A stretch of DNA of 64,000 nucleotides from positions 16,306,001-16,370,000 of the forward strand of contig CM059446.1 of the NCBI GenBank assembly GCA_030390025.1, read 5' to 3'. This DNA is from Squalus acanthias. Its lineage: Eukaryota. The notes beneath the pieces were generated by a model. It had not been told where the DNA came from, did not search any database, and was given only the letters and a program-made list of their open reading frames with translations. Below, one piece after another: positions 47,873-59,016 of this stretch. The position numbers and the translations under genes are program-made. Each line of letters starts with the position of its first letter. Position 1 is the stretch's first letter.

Positions 47873-50800
47873 GTAGGTTGTCATGGGCCGAGGCCCGTCT
47901 CTGCCTCCTCAGCTGGACCTGAAAGATCCCATGGCACTATTCAAAGAAGAGTAGGGGAGTAATCCCCGGTGTCCTGGCCAATATTTATCCCTCAACCAAC
48001 ATCGCTAAAACAGACTATCTGGTCATTATCACATTGCGGTTTGTGGGAGCTTGCTGTGCGCAAATTGGCTGCCGCGTTTCCTACATTACAACAGTGACTA
48101 CACTCCAAAAGTACTTCATTGGCTGCAAAGCACTTTGGGACGTCCTGAGGTAGTGAAAGGTGCTACAGAAATGCAAGAAATAACAGAAAATGCTGGAAAC
48201 ACTCAGCAGGTCAGGCAGCATCGAGGATAAAGAAACAGAGTCAACGTTTTCTCTTTCAATGCTGCCTGACCTGCTGAGTGTTTCCTGCATTTTCTGTTGT
48301 TATTTCAGATTTCCAGCATCCGCACTATTTTGCTATAGAAATGCAAGTCTTTTATTCTTTCAACCAACATCACTAAAACAGATTATCTGGTCATTATATC
48401 ACATTGCTGTTTGTGGGAGCTTGCTGTGCGCAAATTGGCTGCCACCTTTCCTACATTGCAACAATGACTACACTTCAAAGGTTGTTGCTGGATCATCTTC
48501 AGTCCTTCCCAACAAATCTATCATTTTCCCATTAGTGGCAGATAAGGGTTTTATAGAGCATTTAAGCTGCTGACAGTGAGAAATACACTGAGCTTTCTTG
48601 AGGATTGCTCTTCTACCAACTTTTGCAGGTATCCTTACAAGTAGTTTGCTCTGAGATAGAGCAGATATGATGATCGAGCCAAGGAGTTGAATCTGTGCAA
48701 CTGTGCCATTCAGCCATTAGAATACAGGCGAATGGGCAGGTTATATATCCAAAGCTATTGATGGCGATAAGAAAAAGAGTGAAGCTAAGCATGCTACCCT
48801 GAGGTATCTCCCTATAGCTTTTTGAATACAAAGACAAAGGGCAGTTTATAATGAGCCGATGCCAATGACCTCTGATGAATTTGTGCATTCAATTCAGCAG
48901 CTAATAAAATAGAAAGAAAGACTTGCATTTATATAGCTCCTTTCATGACCACCGGATGTCCCCAAAGCACTTTACAGCCAATGAAGTACTTTATGAAGTG
49001 TAGTCACTGTTTTAATATAGAAAATGTGGCACAGTGAAGTCCCACAAACAGCAGTGAGATAATGACCTGATAATCTGTTTTAGTGATATTGATTGAGGGA
49101 TAAATATTAGCCAGGACACTGGGGATAACTCCCCTGATCTCGGAATAAAAAAGAAAAAAAGGAAGACTTGCATTTATATAGCGCCTTTCACGACCACCGG
49201 ACATCTCAAAGCGCTTTACAGCCAATTAAGTACTTTTGGAGTGTAGTCACTGTTGTAATAGTGCCGTGGGATCTTTTACATCCACCTGAGAGGGCAGACA
49301 GGGCATCGGTTTAACGTCTCATCCAAAAGACAGCACCTCCCACAGTGCAGCATTCCCTCAGTACTCATTGGAGTGTCATCCTAGATTTTTGTGCTCAGGT
49401 CTCTGGAGTGGAACTTGAACCCACAACCTTCTGACTCAGAGGCAAGGGTGCTACCCACTGAGCCACAGCTGTCACTTCGGCCAACCTGTTGAGGCTAGGA
49501 TTTCATACTTTGTTGAATTCTCTCCAAAGTAATGGATACTGCTATAGCTCCATGCTGGGTATTATTTCTGGATCATGAGATCAAGAGCATCACAAATCAG
49601 CCAATTTGCGCAGACGTCAAATTGGTGACTCGATAGCAGGCTGCTGGGATTTTGACATTGCAACAAAATATGTTTCCTTATCCTTTGAGCCAATTGACAT
49701 TAGAAATAAGTGGAGTTGAAATTCACCTCACTAAAGTGTAACTAAATCATATGGACACCTATAGCTTATTGCTACTTCCAGTGTTGCTGTTGGATGTTGT
49801 TCTTGGTTGGCTCATGGTTGATAAAGGAAGTACACTATATTCTTGTGACAGAGTGTGAGCATACAGTAAAGAAAGAAGCGTTACTACCTGGTGCCATTGT
49901 AGGCTGATCTGCTGGCAGCCAGTTTATGGGAACCACATCCTAGACCGCTCAGATATAGCAATAGGTTTCAGTGGATGCTGTTAATGTAGCAAAGTTGATG
50001 GCTTAGTTGTCTTTTGATGACATTACCTCCACCCGGGGTCCACAGTTTCACCCAATAATGGCTCCTTTGGCTAGGTTTGTGGGTACATTATTGTGTTTGC
50101 TCAGCTCTTGACATTGGATAAGTTAGCCAGTAGATGTACCGTTGCTCACCCTCCACCACAAGGTAGTTTTACCAATGAAGGATAAAAGTTTGTGGGTAAC
50201 TGATAAACTTGTAACTATAAAAATCTGTAATTAGCAAGCCAATGGTTTATGGAAAATAAGTTTCACTTTTTTTTAAATTTTGTTTTAGGATGGTGATATC
50301 CATAGACATTTATATCTGCGAAATGCCGTAACAAGTGTGGGAGAAGTGGAAAGACCCAAGTAAGAATAGTTGTTTGCTTTTAAGGATATCCCATTTCTAA
50401 CTCTATTGAATCAAAGCTATTTGAATTTTCCTTCTTTTTTCCTGAAGCGCTAACTTGTGAATATCCATTTGTTAATCTAGGGTTTCTGAATTCTGTTGCC
50501 ATATAGCAGGTTGCAGTCAACTGTTTGACACCCTAGAAAACTACGAACATCATTATAACACATTCCACCGCAATGTCTGCTCCTCCTGCAAGCGCTCTTT
50601 CCCGTCCAGTCATCTGCTAGATATTCACATCCTGGAATGGCACGACTCACTTTTCCAAATTCTGGCAGCAAAACAGAACATGGTAAGTGACTATGAAACT
50701 GTAATTCTTGAGTTGTTCACAGGTCTGTGCTGAATCAGCGTGTGTTTATGTATGATTTAGAGAACAGAGCTGTCTGAACTCCATACAGACCCAAGAACAT

Positions 50801-53800
50801 ATATATGTGTATAGTGGCAGGATGATCCAGGAATCTCATTAACTTCTAGGAATGTAATACATTGATGATATACAGTTTGAAGAGTAACTATTTGGGTAGC
50901 GCTAACACATTCTACAATGAGGCCGTTAGTTTAAGGAAATGAAGGCAAAGACTTTGTGCTCTAAGATGCATAAGTAATCCAAATTTACGCTAATCAAGGC
51001 AAGGTTTATCAGTGTTAGAGAACAGAATTGTATCAGAATCAAGCACTCCCAGGTGAGGTACAGCACAGATTAAATACAGAATAAAGAGCCTTTCTCATCT
51101 TCCCCAGCCTCAGAGATTGCATTTGTAGTCACCTCTGGAACAGAAGGTTGTGGGTTCAAGCTCCTAACCAGCACTGACACATCCCACTTTCCAATGCAGT
51201 ATTCAAAGAAATCATATTATTAACAATACTATCCTTCAAATGTGAGGTTAAAAGACTTGACTGACAGTGATGGACATTAAAGATCCCATAATGTTATTCA
51301 CATCTTTATTGGCTAATATTCTAAGAAGAACCCTGGTCCTGTCTAGTTCCTGGCTCCACTGAATAGGATATTGGGGAGATTTCTATTTGTGACGTCTCAC
51401 AAGGTCTCTGGCTATTCAGCACCCAGCTGGAGTCACAAACCATTTGACAGATCTACTTAGCAGGTCTCAAATTCTTGAAGAGGAGCAGGGATAGGGACCA
51501 AGAATATCCTAAGGTGGCCATAAAGACCTAGCGTACCTCAATACTTCCCATTTCTCTACCCTGCAGAGTGGTCGTCTAATATCCAGTCTTATCTAATTCC
51601 ATATTGATGGCCTATTATTGAGATTACTTTGAGGACCTTGACTATCTAGCCTTGCAAAAACCGCTGGATCCAGAATTTAAGCAGGGGTCTATCAAGATGT
51701 GTGCAGCAGCCACACCTACCTTCCATTTACTGTAGGAGGAGAATTCAATTCAGTCACATCCCTTGATCTTTCAGGCTTGGGTTGTCAGCCTTTCTTCCAT
51801 ACTTTCTGATGCCAACTTAATAGTGTAATCTTGCGCTATGCAAATAAATACATGCTTCTTAATTTGAAAACAGTTGTGAAAACAGCTCTAGTGTCAGTCA
51901 GGAGAGATAGCAACGCCTAGGCTTTACTTACTGGAGCCCTTTGCTTCATCTGCCGTGATAAAAGGACTGTCCAATCTCCAACAGCTCAAATTTTTGCCCA
52001 AGTGGTACTTGTTTCTTCTGACCCATGCGATTGTCCTTTTGTCCTGTACCTTACAGAGATTTTTTTCCTAATGTGGCTGTTACCTGATGAATTCCCCTCC
52101 TTTATTTTGCATTAACTTATCATTCCCTTTTTGGTGATTTTCAAATGTGATTTTGAAATCTCTTTTTCTTGGTTTGATGGTTTGCTGTAAGTAAAGAAGA
52201 ACTTTCATTTATATAGCGCAGTTCACGACCTCCGGATGTCCTGAAGTGCTTCAGAGCCAATGAAATACTTTTGAAGTATAGACGCTTTTGTAATTTAGGA
52301 AATCGCAGCAGTCAGTTTGCACGCAGCAAGATCCCACAACCAGCAATGGCATAAATTACCAGATAATCTGTTTCAGTGATACTGGTTGCAGGATCAGTGT
52401 TGGCCAGGACACCTGTGGAGTTCCCCAGCTCCTCTTCAAATAGTGCAATGGAATCTTTTATGACCACCTGAGAGGGCAGACAAGGCCTCGATCTAACATC
52501 TCATCCAACAGACAGCACCTCTGACAGTGCAGCAATCCCTTAGTACTGCACTGAAGTGTCATCCTAGATTGTGTGCTCAGGTCTCTGGTGAACCCATGAC
52601 CTCTGATTCTGCAGAAAGTCTGCTACCATTGAGCCAAGGCTATCACCTAAGTATGCTTTATTCAGTATTTTAATTGTGAGTAGACATGTAATAAACAGTG
52701 ACACAAAACCACTTGTTAATTAGTGAGGATGTGATGCAGGTGAAGGAAGGATTCTGCACAAGTGGCAATTCAGGAAGACACTGACCCTGTCCCAAATTCC
52801 AGGTCATAGCATAGTTGGGAAGGGTGCCATACACCTGTGAAGGTGTATCAATGGCGCCATACTGCTCCAATGGTGGAAGGGAGGCCCAGGATAAGCCAGA
52901 AAGGTGAAGCTGGCCATTATCTTCTGCCCCTAACGGCGCAAATGCCCATGTCCAGAAAGGTCATTCACATCTCTTAGATTGATGACCTTTCCTGCAGGAC
53001 TTTTTGGGGCTCGGTTTAACGTCTTTTGGATGAGACATTAAAAACCGAGGCCCCGTCTGCTCTTTCAGGTGGACGTAAAAGATCCCATGGCACTATTTCG
53101 AGAAGAGCAGGGGAGTTATCCCCAGTGTCCTGGCCAATATTTATCCCTCAATTAACATCACGAAAACAGATTAGCTGGTCATTATCACATTGCTGTTTGT
53201 GGGAGCTTGCTGTGTGCAAATTGGCAGCCACGTTTCCTACATTAATGTCCAAAAATGTGCGGGTTAGGTTGATTTGGCTATGATAAATTGACCCTTAGTG
53301 TTAGGGGGGGATTAAATATGTGGGGTTATGGGGATAGGATGGGATATGTTAGGGGGAATTAAATACGTGGGGTTACGGGGATAGGGTGGGATATGTGTAC
53401 TGTGGGGATTAAAGCAGGGACAGGGTACTGGATTTGGATGATCAGCCATGATCGTATTGAATGGTGGAGCAGGCTCGACGGGCCGAATGGCCTACTCCTG
53501 CTCCTAGTTTCTATGTTTCTATTACAACAGTGACTACACTTCAAAAGATATTTAATTGGCTGTAAAGCGCTTTGGGACGTCTGGTGGTTGTGAAAGGCGC
53601 TGTATAAATGCAAGTCTTTCTTTCTTTATAAGGGCATACAGACTTCCTGTGATAGTCTGGGAACTCCCCCAGACATGCCCCCTTGAAGTGGGTGGATGCA
53701 AGACTCACGCACTCTCCCCAAGTTGGGATTTGTAGGCCACTTTGCACAGGGCAGTACCAGGTTTGTCTCCAAATTGCTGCCACCCCACCCCATCACGGTG

Positions 53801-56800
53801 GGTCCCTAGAATTTCACGATCTATATGTTTGTGACTCAGACGCTTCATTTTATTTTCTAGTATCTGTGTTTGGTAGAGAGTTGTACAGAAAAATTCAAGA
53901 CTCCCAATGACCGGAAAAAACATCTGATCAAAGTTCACGGTTATCCGTCTGACTTTAGATTTGATAAACCAAAGAAACCTAAACGGTAAGGAAATTGTTC
54001 CCTGCAGCATTTTATGTCAAACTCACTGGGGTGAGTTAATACATTGAGTAAAATGTGTTTCGCATCTCAAAACAATAGAGCCATGCTTTTCAAATGTCAT
54101 CCTCTTTAATTCTACTTTATTGTCTTATTATCTTAGAATATATACTGGCTGCAGGACAATCAGTTGAAACTTATTTCTTGATAAAATGGTAGTAAAGACA
54201 TTTCAGTTAATCCTTCATTGTGACTGACTCCTCACACTGAAGTGATTGAGTTCTCGGGCATTTGCCATCCCACACTGTCAAACACTACGGACAGAAAATT
54301 AATTGTATAAACATAAGTGAGAGTACCAAAATCATAGAATGATACAGCACAGAAGGAGGGCATTCGACCCATCGTGCCTGTGCCGGCTCTTTGGTAGAGC
54401 TAGGTCTCCTGATCTATTTTATTGTGACTTTGTGCAGGAGCAACCTCACTGCCCCATTCAGTCTCCCAATCTTGGTGTCTCCTTCAGAAGCATAAATTTC
54501 CCAAAGTAAGAAAACATCTGCTGTCTGCATCCCTTCGACCATGGCTGCTATGTTTGGAGATGGTGCAGCCACAACTACTGTTTGTAATGCTAGTGCGGCC
54601 GTAGCTACTGTCTGTACTCGCAGTTCTGAACTGCTCCCTAACATTAGACCTCCCCTATCCCAGGCTGACAAAACTCGGACCACTCTGCTGTCCTCGCAGA
54701 CATCTTCCAGGACTCCCAGATCCCTTCAGTGCTGCCACATTCTCACTCAGCCCTCACCCCCTGCATACTCCCAAACCACAGAACTCTCCACCAATTGCTC
54801 CCATACAGTTGCTAAGTACAGGTAGATCCAACAACCCAGCTTCCTCCATCCTCACCCTTGAAGGATCCCCGGTGTTCCCAAGAGAAGACCCTGTTCCACA
54901 AAATCCTCTTACGCCCCCACGCAATCGGATGGGGAGGATTAGTGGATCGATAATTGGGCACACTGCCTTATAGGCATGCAAACCTCCCCACCCGATTCTA
55001 CTCTGTATACGCTACCAGGTGACCCAATGCACCCAGGAACAGGAAAATATACCCCATAGTCTTTTAGTGACTAGATGAACAGTGCGTCCCTGCAGCAGTC
55101 ACAGAACAAGCAGCCCACGCCAAACAGTTCCACCATGTGGCAGTAAATGCCATACTTCCAGCCTGGCTGTATTTTTGTGTTCATTTAAAAAATAAGTGGT
55201 GAAAGCAAATTTAAAGTCATAAACCATTTTGAAAGTAGTAATTTTAAATGTAATTTCTGTTGTCGCTACTCTTTAAGGTGACAGTACAGTAAAACAAATG
55301 TATTTTTTTTCTTCCTTCCTGCCCCACAGCAATCAAAAGAATCAAGATAGGAGTTCACACGACATGGATGTGGAAACACCCATTTGTCAAAAAGAAACAA
55401 ATGACATTTTATGCAGAATATCCACAGAATCAATGGACCATGCGCCAGTAGAAACAATGGAGGCTGAGAGTCCATCTGTGCCAGGACAAGAGAGATCCAG
55501 TACTACTACAGTGCAACAACGGCCTTACTTCTCCTACAGGTTACTGTCCTGCTGCCATTAATACTTTTACCTTCTAAGTACAAAAGAATAGAATCATAGA
55601 ATTTTATGGCACAGAAGGAGGCCATTCGGCCCATCGTGTCTGTGCCGGCCTAAAAAGAGCTATCCAGCCTAATCCCACTTTCCAGCTCTTGGTCCGTAGC
55701 CCTGTAGGTAATGGCACTTCAGGTGCATATCCAAGTACTTTTTAAATGCGATGAGGGTTTCTGCCTCTACCGCCCTTTCAGGCAGCGAGTTCCAGACCCC
55801 CACCACCCTCTGGGTGAAAAAGTTCTCCTCAACTCCCCTCTAATCCTTCTACCAATTACTTTAAATCTATGCCCCCTGGTTATTGACCTCGCTATCTAGG
55901 CCCCTCATAATTTTATACACAATAGGAGTGGTATTGTGAGCAATATGTACACAGCATCACTTTAACTCTATTTAAAATATATATAGTAAAACACTGTCAA
56001 ATGATGCTGTTATTTCAATGTTAGTTTACAGTCAGTCTTGTATGTGTTTTTTAAAACTCTTGTTTCATAATGCAAAATTCAGTGGTTGTAATCATGTTGG
56101 GAGGGAAAAAGTTGCCAGAATTACAGAACACAGAAAACCAAAATCAGCTGCAGTGCAAAAAGTTCACGATCTAAAACAAAATAGGAAAATAATGAATGAG
56201 AAATGTCTGGAAGTTGTATTCAAAGCTGCTTTCCCTATACATGAAATATACAGGCATGAAAATAAGGCCTGGCATCATTGTAATATGAATCATGTGGTTC
56301 ACTTCAGTTTAAGTCCTGTGATTTGGTCCAGGAGCCTGCCCTTCTGCCACTGTCCACCATCACACCAGTTGCTAACAAACAAAAAGTAGTGAAAATGGAA
56401 CCACCTTCTCACCTCCTCCTCCTCCTCCTGAGATTTTCATCTCAATCAATAATAAAAAAATATTGGCGTCTGTACACACTTCAAGTCAACTTTTTCCATT
56501 ATAAACTCCTATATCCACATTTATAATGAAAATTGCTCATGTCAACTTGTCACACTGTAAATACACCCTCCTGCCAGTGGAGGAATTTCATCACCACCAC
56601 TGGAAGATGGGTGTAATTACAACGTGACAAGATTACATAGCAAGTTTCCATTATAAATGTGGATATAGGAATTTAAAATGGAAATATAAAAATCAGGACA
56701 GAATGTATGACTTTAAAATTGGGACTAAATTACTTCAGCGTACCCTAATCCAGGAATTCCCACCCTCGAACCCTGCTTCACCTGAAGACTACACCTGATC

Positions 56801-57992
56801 TTGACTCCCTGTGTGCAACTCAATGGGTGCTCCAGTAGTAAATATTATATAGAATAGGCCAGAATGTATTTCAAAGCAGTTACTCATCTCGGGGTCAAGT
56901 TGAAGCTTTGCTCTCTGTTTGAGCTTGTTCTAACTCCTTGATGCATTACAGCCTTTGAGCAGCATTACACTGTAAAGAAAATGTGCAAATGCTGAGACTT
57001 CCTCCCCTTTGCATTTAATGAAATTTCCTATTAATGGGAACCTATTTTACATTTTTTGATACTTTTAGCCATACTGCGGTTTAATTTCCCCCCCCCCCCC
57101 AATATTTTTTCCCATCTCTCTGAAAGCCGCTAAAGTACAGTTCCACAGATGCTATCTGCCCTGCAGTACCTCGTCCAAGTAGCAGTTTTTCACATATGCC
57201 TTGGCAGTGAGCATTGGGAGATGTTTTGACTGTGGGAGGTATCACAACTGAACCAATTCTATCCTTGCCTGACATCTAAACATGTTCATTTCCAGCAAGA
57301 GTGATTGGGAGTGGGAACCTGGGCTGACATTTTATTTTTCCCACCTTCATAGACTGGAGCACTGAGGCCAGTTAAAGAAAAAAAAGACTTACATTTATAT
57401 AGCGCCTTTCATGACCACCGGACATCTCAAAGCGCTTTGCAGCCAATGAAGTATTTTTGAAGTGTAGTCACTGTTGTAATGTGGGAAACGCGGCAACCAA
57501 TTTGCGCACAGCAAGCTCCCACAAACAGCAATGTGATAATGTTTTTGTTGTGTTGATTGAGGGATAAATATTGGCCAGGACACCGGGGATAACTCCCCTG
57601 CTCTTCTTTGAAATAGTGCCATGCGATCTTTTACGTCCACCTGAGAGAGCAGACGGGGTTTAACGTCTCATCCGAAAGGCGGCCCCTCCAACAGTGCAGC
57701 ACTCCCTCGGAGTGTCAGCCGAGATTTATGTGCTTAAGTCCCTGGAGTGGGACTATGAACCCACAACCTTCTGACTCAGAGGCGAGTGTGCTACCCACTG
57801 AGCCACAGCTGACACAGTTAACACCATCACCACTGCCTTGGGTGAGATCAACTAAGTCAGCAAAGACTGAGAATGAAACCTGATCTGTAAGGCTCAATAT
57901 TCTATTTTTTTTGTCTTTATAGGGTGCCAGCAACAATTTGTTTTGGCCATGGATCAGTCCGCGGCTTTAAGAACCCAAGGAAAAAGAAGTGA
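47678..57992 (+). CDS. ZNF511: Zinc finger protein 511, whole spliced CDS (6 exons, 873 nt, 290 aa)
   Basis: Motifs FFEDGDIHRHLYL, CHIAGCSQLF...YEHHY, CSSCKRSFPSSHLLDIHILEWHDSLF, YLCLVESCTEKFKT...HGYPSDFRFDK and VPATICFGHG match ZNF511; head-to-head with TUBGCP2 as in human. Confidence 0.95.
47886..48480 (+). mobile_element. DeuSINE fragments in ZNF511 intron 1, interrupted by a hairpin insert
   Basis: Deu core at 47920-47990, tail to 48177, second partial copy 48355-48480. Confidence 0.8.
48178..48330. repeat. Inverted pair of Penelope-derived repeat (hairpin)
   Basis: ACAGAAAATGCTGGAAACACTCAGCAGGTCAGGCAGCAT and its reverse complement ATGCTGCCTGACCTGCTGAGTGTTTCCTGCATTTTCTGT. Confidence 0.85.
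48910..49475 (-). mobile_element. DeuSINE with a nested truncated copy of itself (about 49148-49258)
   Basis: Tail motif GACTTGCATTTATATAGC occurs twice; body resumes at AATAGTGCC. Confidence 0.82.
50289..50359 (+). CDS. ZNF511: ZNF511 exon 2 (DGDIHRHLYL...ERPK)
   Basis: 71 nt, TTTTAG| and AA|GTAAGA. Confidence 0.93.
50481..50682 (+). CDS. ZNF511: ZNF511 exon 3 (two C2H2 fingers)
   Basis: 202 nt, TCTAG| and ATG|GTAAGT. Confidence 0.96.
52190..52648 (-). mobile_element. Diverged DeuSINE
   Basis: Head, Deu core and tail recognisable. Confidence 0.8.
53008..53625 (+). mobile_element. DeuSINE interrupted by a V-SINE/CR1-tail piece (53244-53520)
   Basis: CCTAC-ATT|insert|ATT-ACAACAG. Confidence 0.8.
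53861..53985 (+). CDS. ZNF511: ZNF511 exon 4 (third C2H2 finger)
   Basis: 125 nt, TTTCTAG| and CG|GTAAGG. Confidence 0.95.
55330..55539 (+). CDS. ZNF511: ZNF511 exon 5 (disordered linker, NQKNQDR...RPYFSYR)
   Basis: 210 nt, long pyrimidine tract CCACAG|, donor AG|GTTACT; phases fit exons 4 and 6. Confidence 0.85.
56493..56684. repeat. Long imperfect palindrome (about 88-bp arms, 16-nt loop) in ZNF511 intron 5
   Basis: CCTATATCCACATTTATAATG...CCAGTGG pairs with CCACTGG...CATTATAAATGTGGATATAGG. Confidence 0.88.
57373..57812 (-). mobile_element. Full-length DeuSINE
   Basis: Head to tail intact; short TSD CAGTTAA. Confidence 0.85.
57923..57992 (+). CDS. ZNF511: ZNF511 last exon (VPATICFGHGSVRGFKNPRKKK*)
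   Basis: 70 nt, TTATAG| acceptor, TGA 57990-57992; basic NLS-like end. Confidence 0.93.
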
Positions 57993-59010
57993 TCTGTGTT
58001 GTGAATTGACTAGTCACCTGATACTATAACATTGTCCTGTGAAAGACATTTATATCAAAAAGTGAACTTGGAAGAACATTTCACCACATTTCCCCTGATC
58101 AGATGGAACAATTTCAGCCCCCAAGAGGCAATCGGATACAATTATCAGTCAATGTGGTTGCAACTGTATTTTTTTTTTAAAGGGAAAGACCTATACTGTT
58201 CAGAAAGCAGATACATATTGATTATTTACTAGCAAAATAAATCCTTTGCTTCGCATCTCTGTGCAACCCTATTGGAGACCCTTCATTTCCAAGCAGATTT
58301 CCACTGAATTCTGGATAGGATGACACCACTAGGCGTTTGTATTCATCATATTGCTTGTAGAAAATACCACGTAATTTCAGCTCAGTCAATATTAAAAAGG
58401 TCTGATTTACTCAGGCCAATGTTTTTTGGAATGATTCCCAGGACAGCTAAAGAGCGCAGGCCAACCACAGTTATGCAATTTACTAGAATACAATACACAA
58501 TGGAAAAATTGATGACACTCCCCTATTAAGCTGGTAATAAAATACATAATTATGATGAGCCTGATTTTGGAACAGTACAATAACATAGTTCAAAATACTT
58601 GGCAGAGTATTTTGTGAGTAAACCGTTGAAATGTAGCACTTTATTTTCAATAAGATAGCGTTCCCCTATAATGCCTCGTTCTACTCTCCAGGACTTGTTT
58701 TCCTTTCTTTTGTATATTTACATTTCTTTCTCGTCCCTACTTTAGATGTTATTTGATGTCCAGCACAAACACTGATCTGGGTTTTTGCTCTGTTTACAAA
58801 AAGTTCTGTATCATGGACTTTATTATAATTGTGATTGAGTTAATGTTGAACTGTTGACAACTCATTTAACGTCAGCTATAAGAATTTCAAAATGTCAAAA
58901 TAATATTGAAATTGGAAATTAAATTATTGCTTAGCATTTAAGCATCTCTTTTAACATTGGTATCTGAATGGTGCTTTGTACAGTTATAAATCATTTCTTT
59001 ATTACAATTG

Positions 59011-59016
59011 AATAAA
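59011..59016 (+). terminator. Candidate ZNF511 polyadenylation signal
   Basis: AATAAA at the end of an AT-rich 3' UTR-like stretch; other AATAAA hexamers near 58236 and 58536. Confidence 0.4.

Larger units (their letters stand above)
46930..47900. promoter_or_regulatory. CpG island / bidirectional promoter of TUBGCP2 and ZNF511
   Basis: Very GC- and CpG-rich relative to the CpG-depleted window; lies between divergent genes; GC boxes and multiple GCGCA(G/T)GCGC NRF1-type motifs. Confidence 0.88.

Noticed and set aside
47298-47962. Overlapping long ORFs in the CpG island
   Set aside because: Explained by GC-rich repeat lacking stops; only 47678-47872 matches a protein.
54414-55055. ORFs of 89-94 aa in ZNF511 intron 4
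   Set aside because: No homology recognised; ends near a Harbinger-like terminus, so probably an old repeat.
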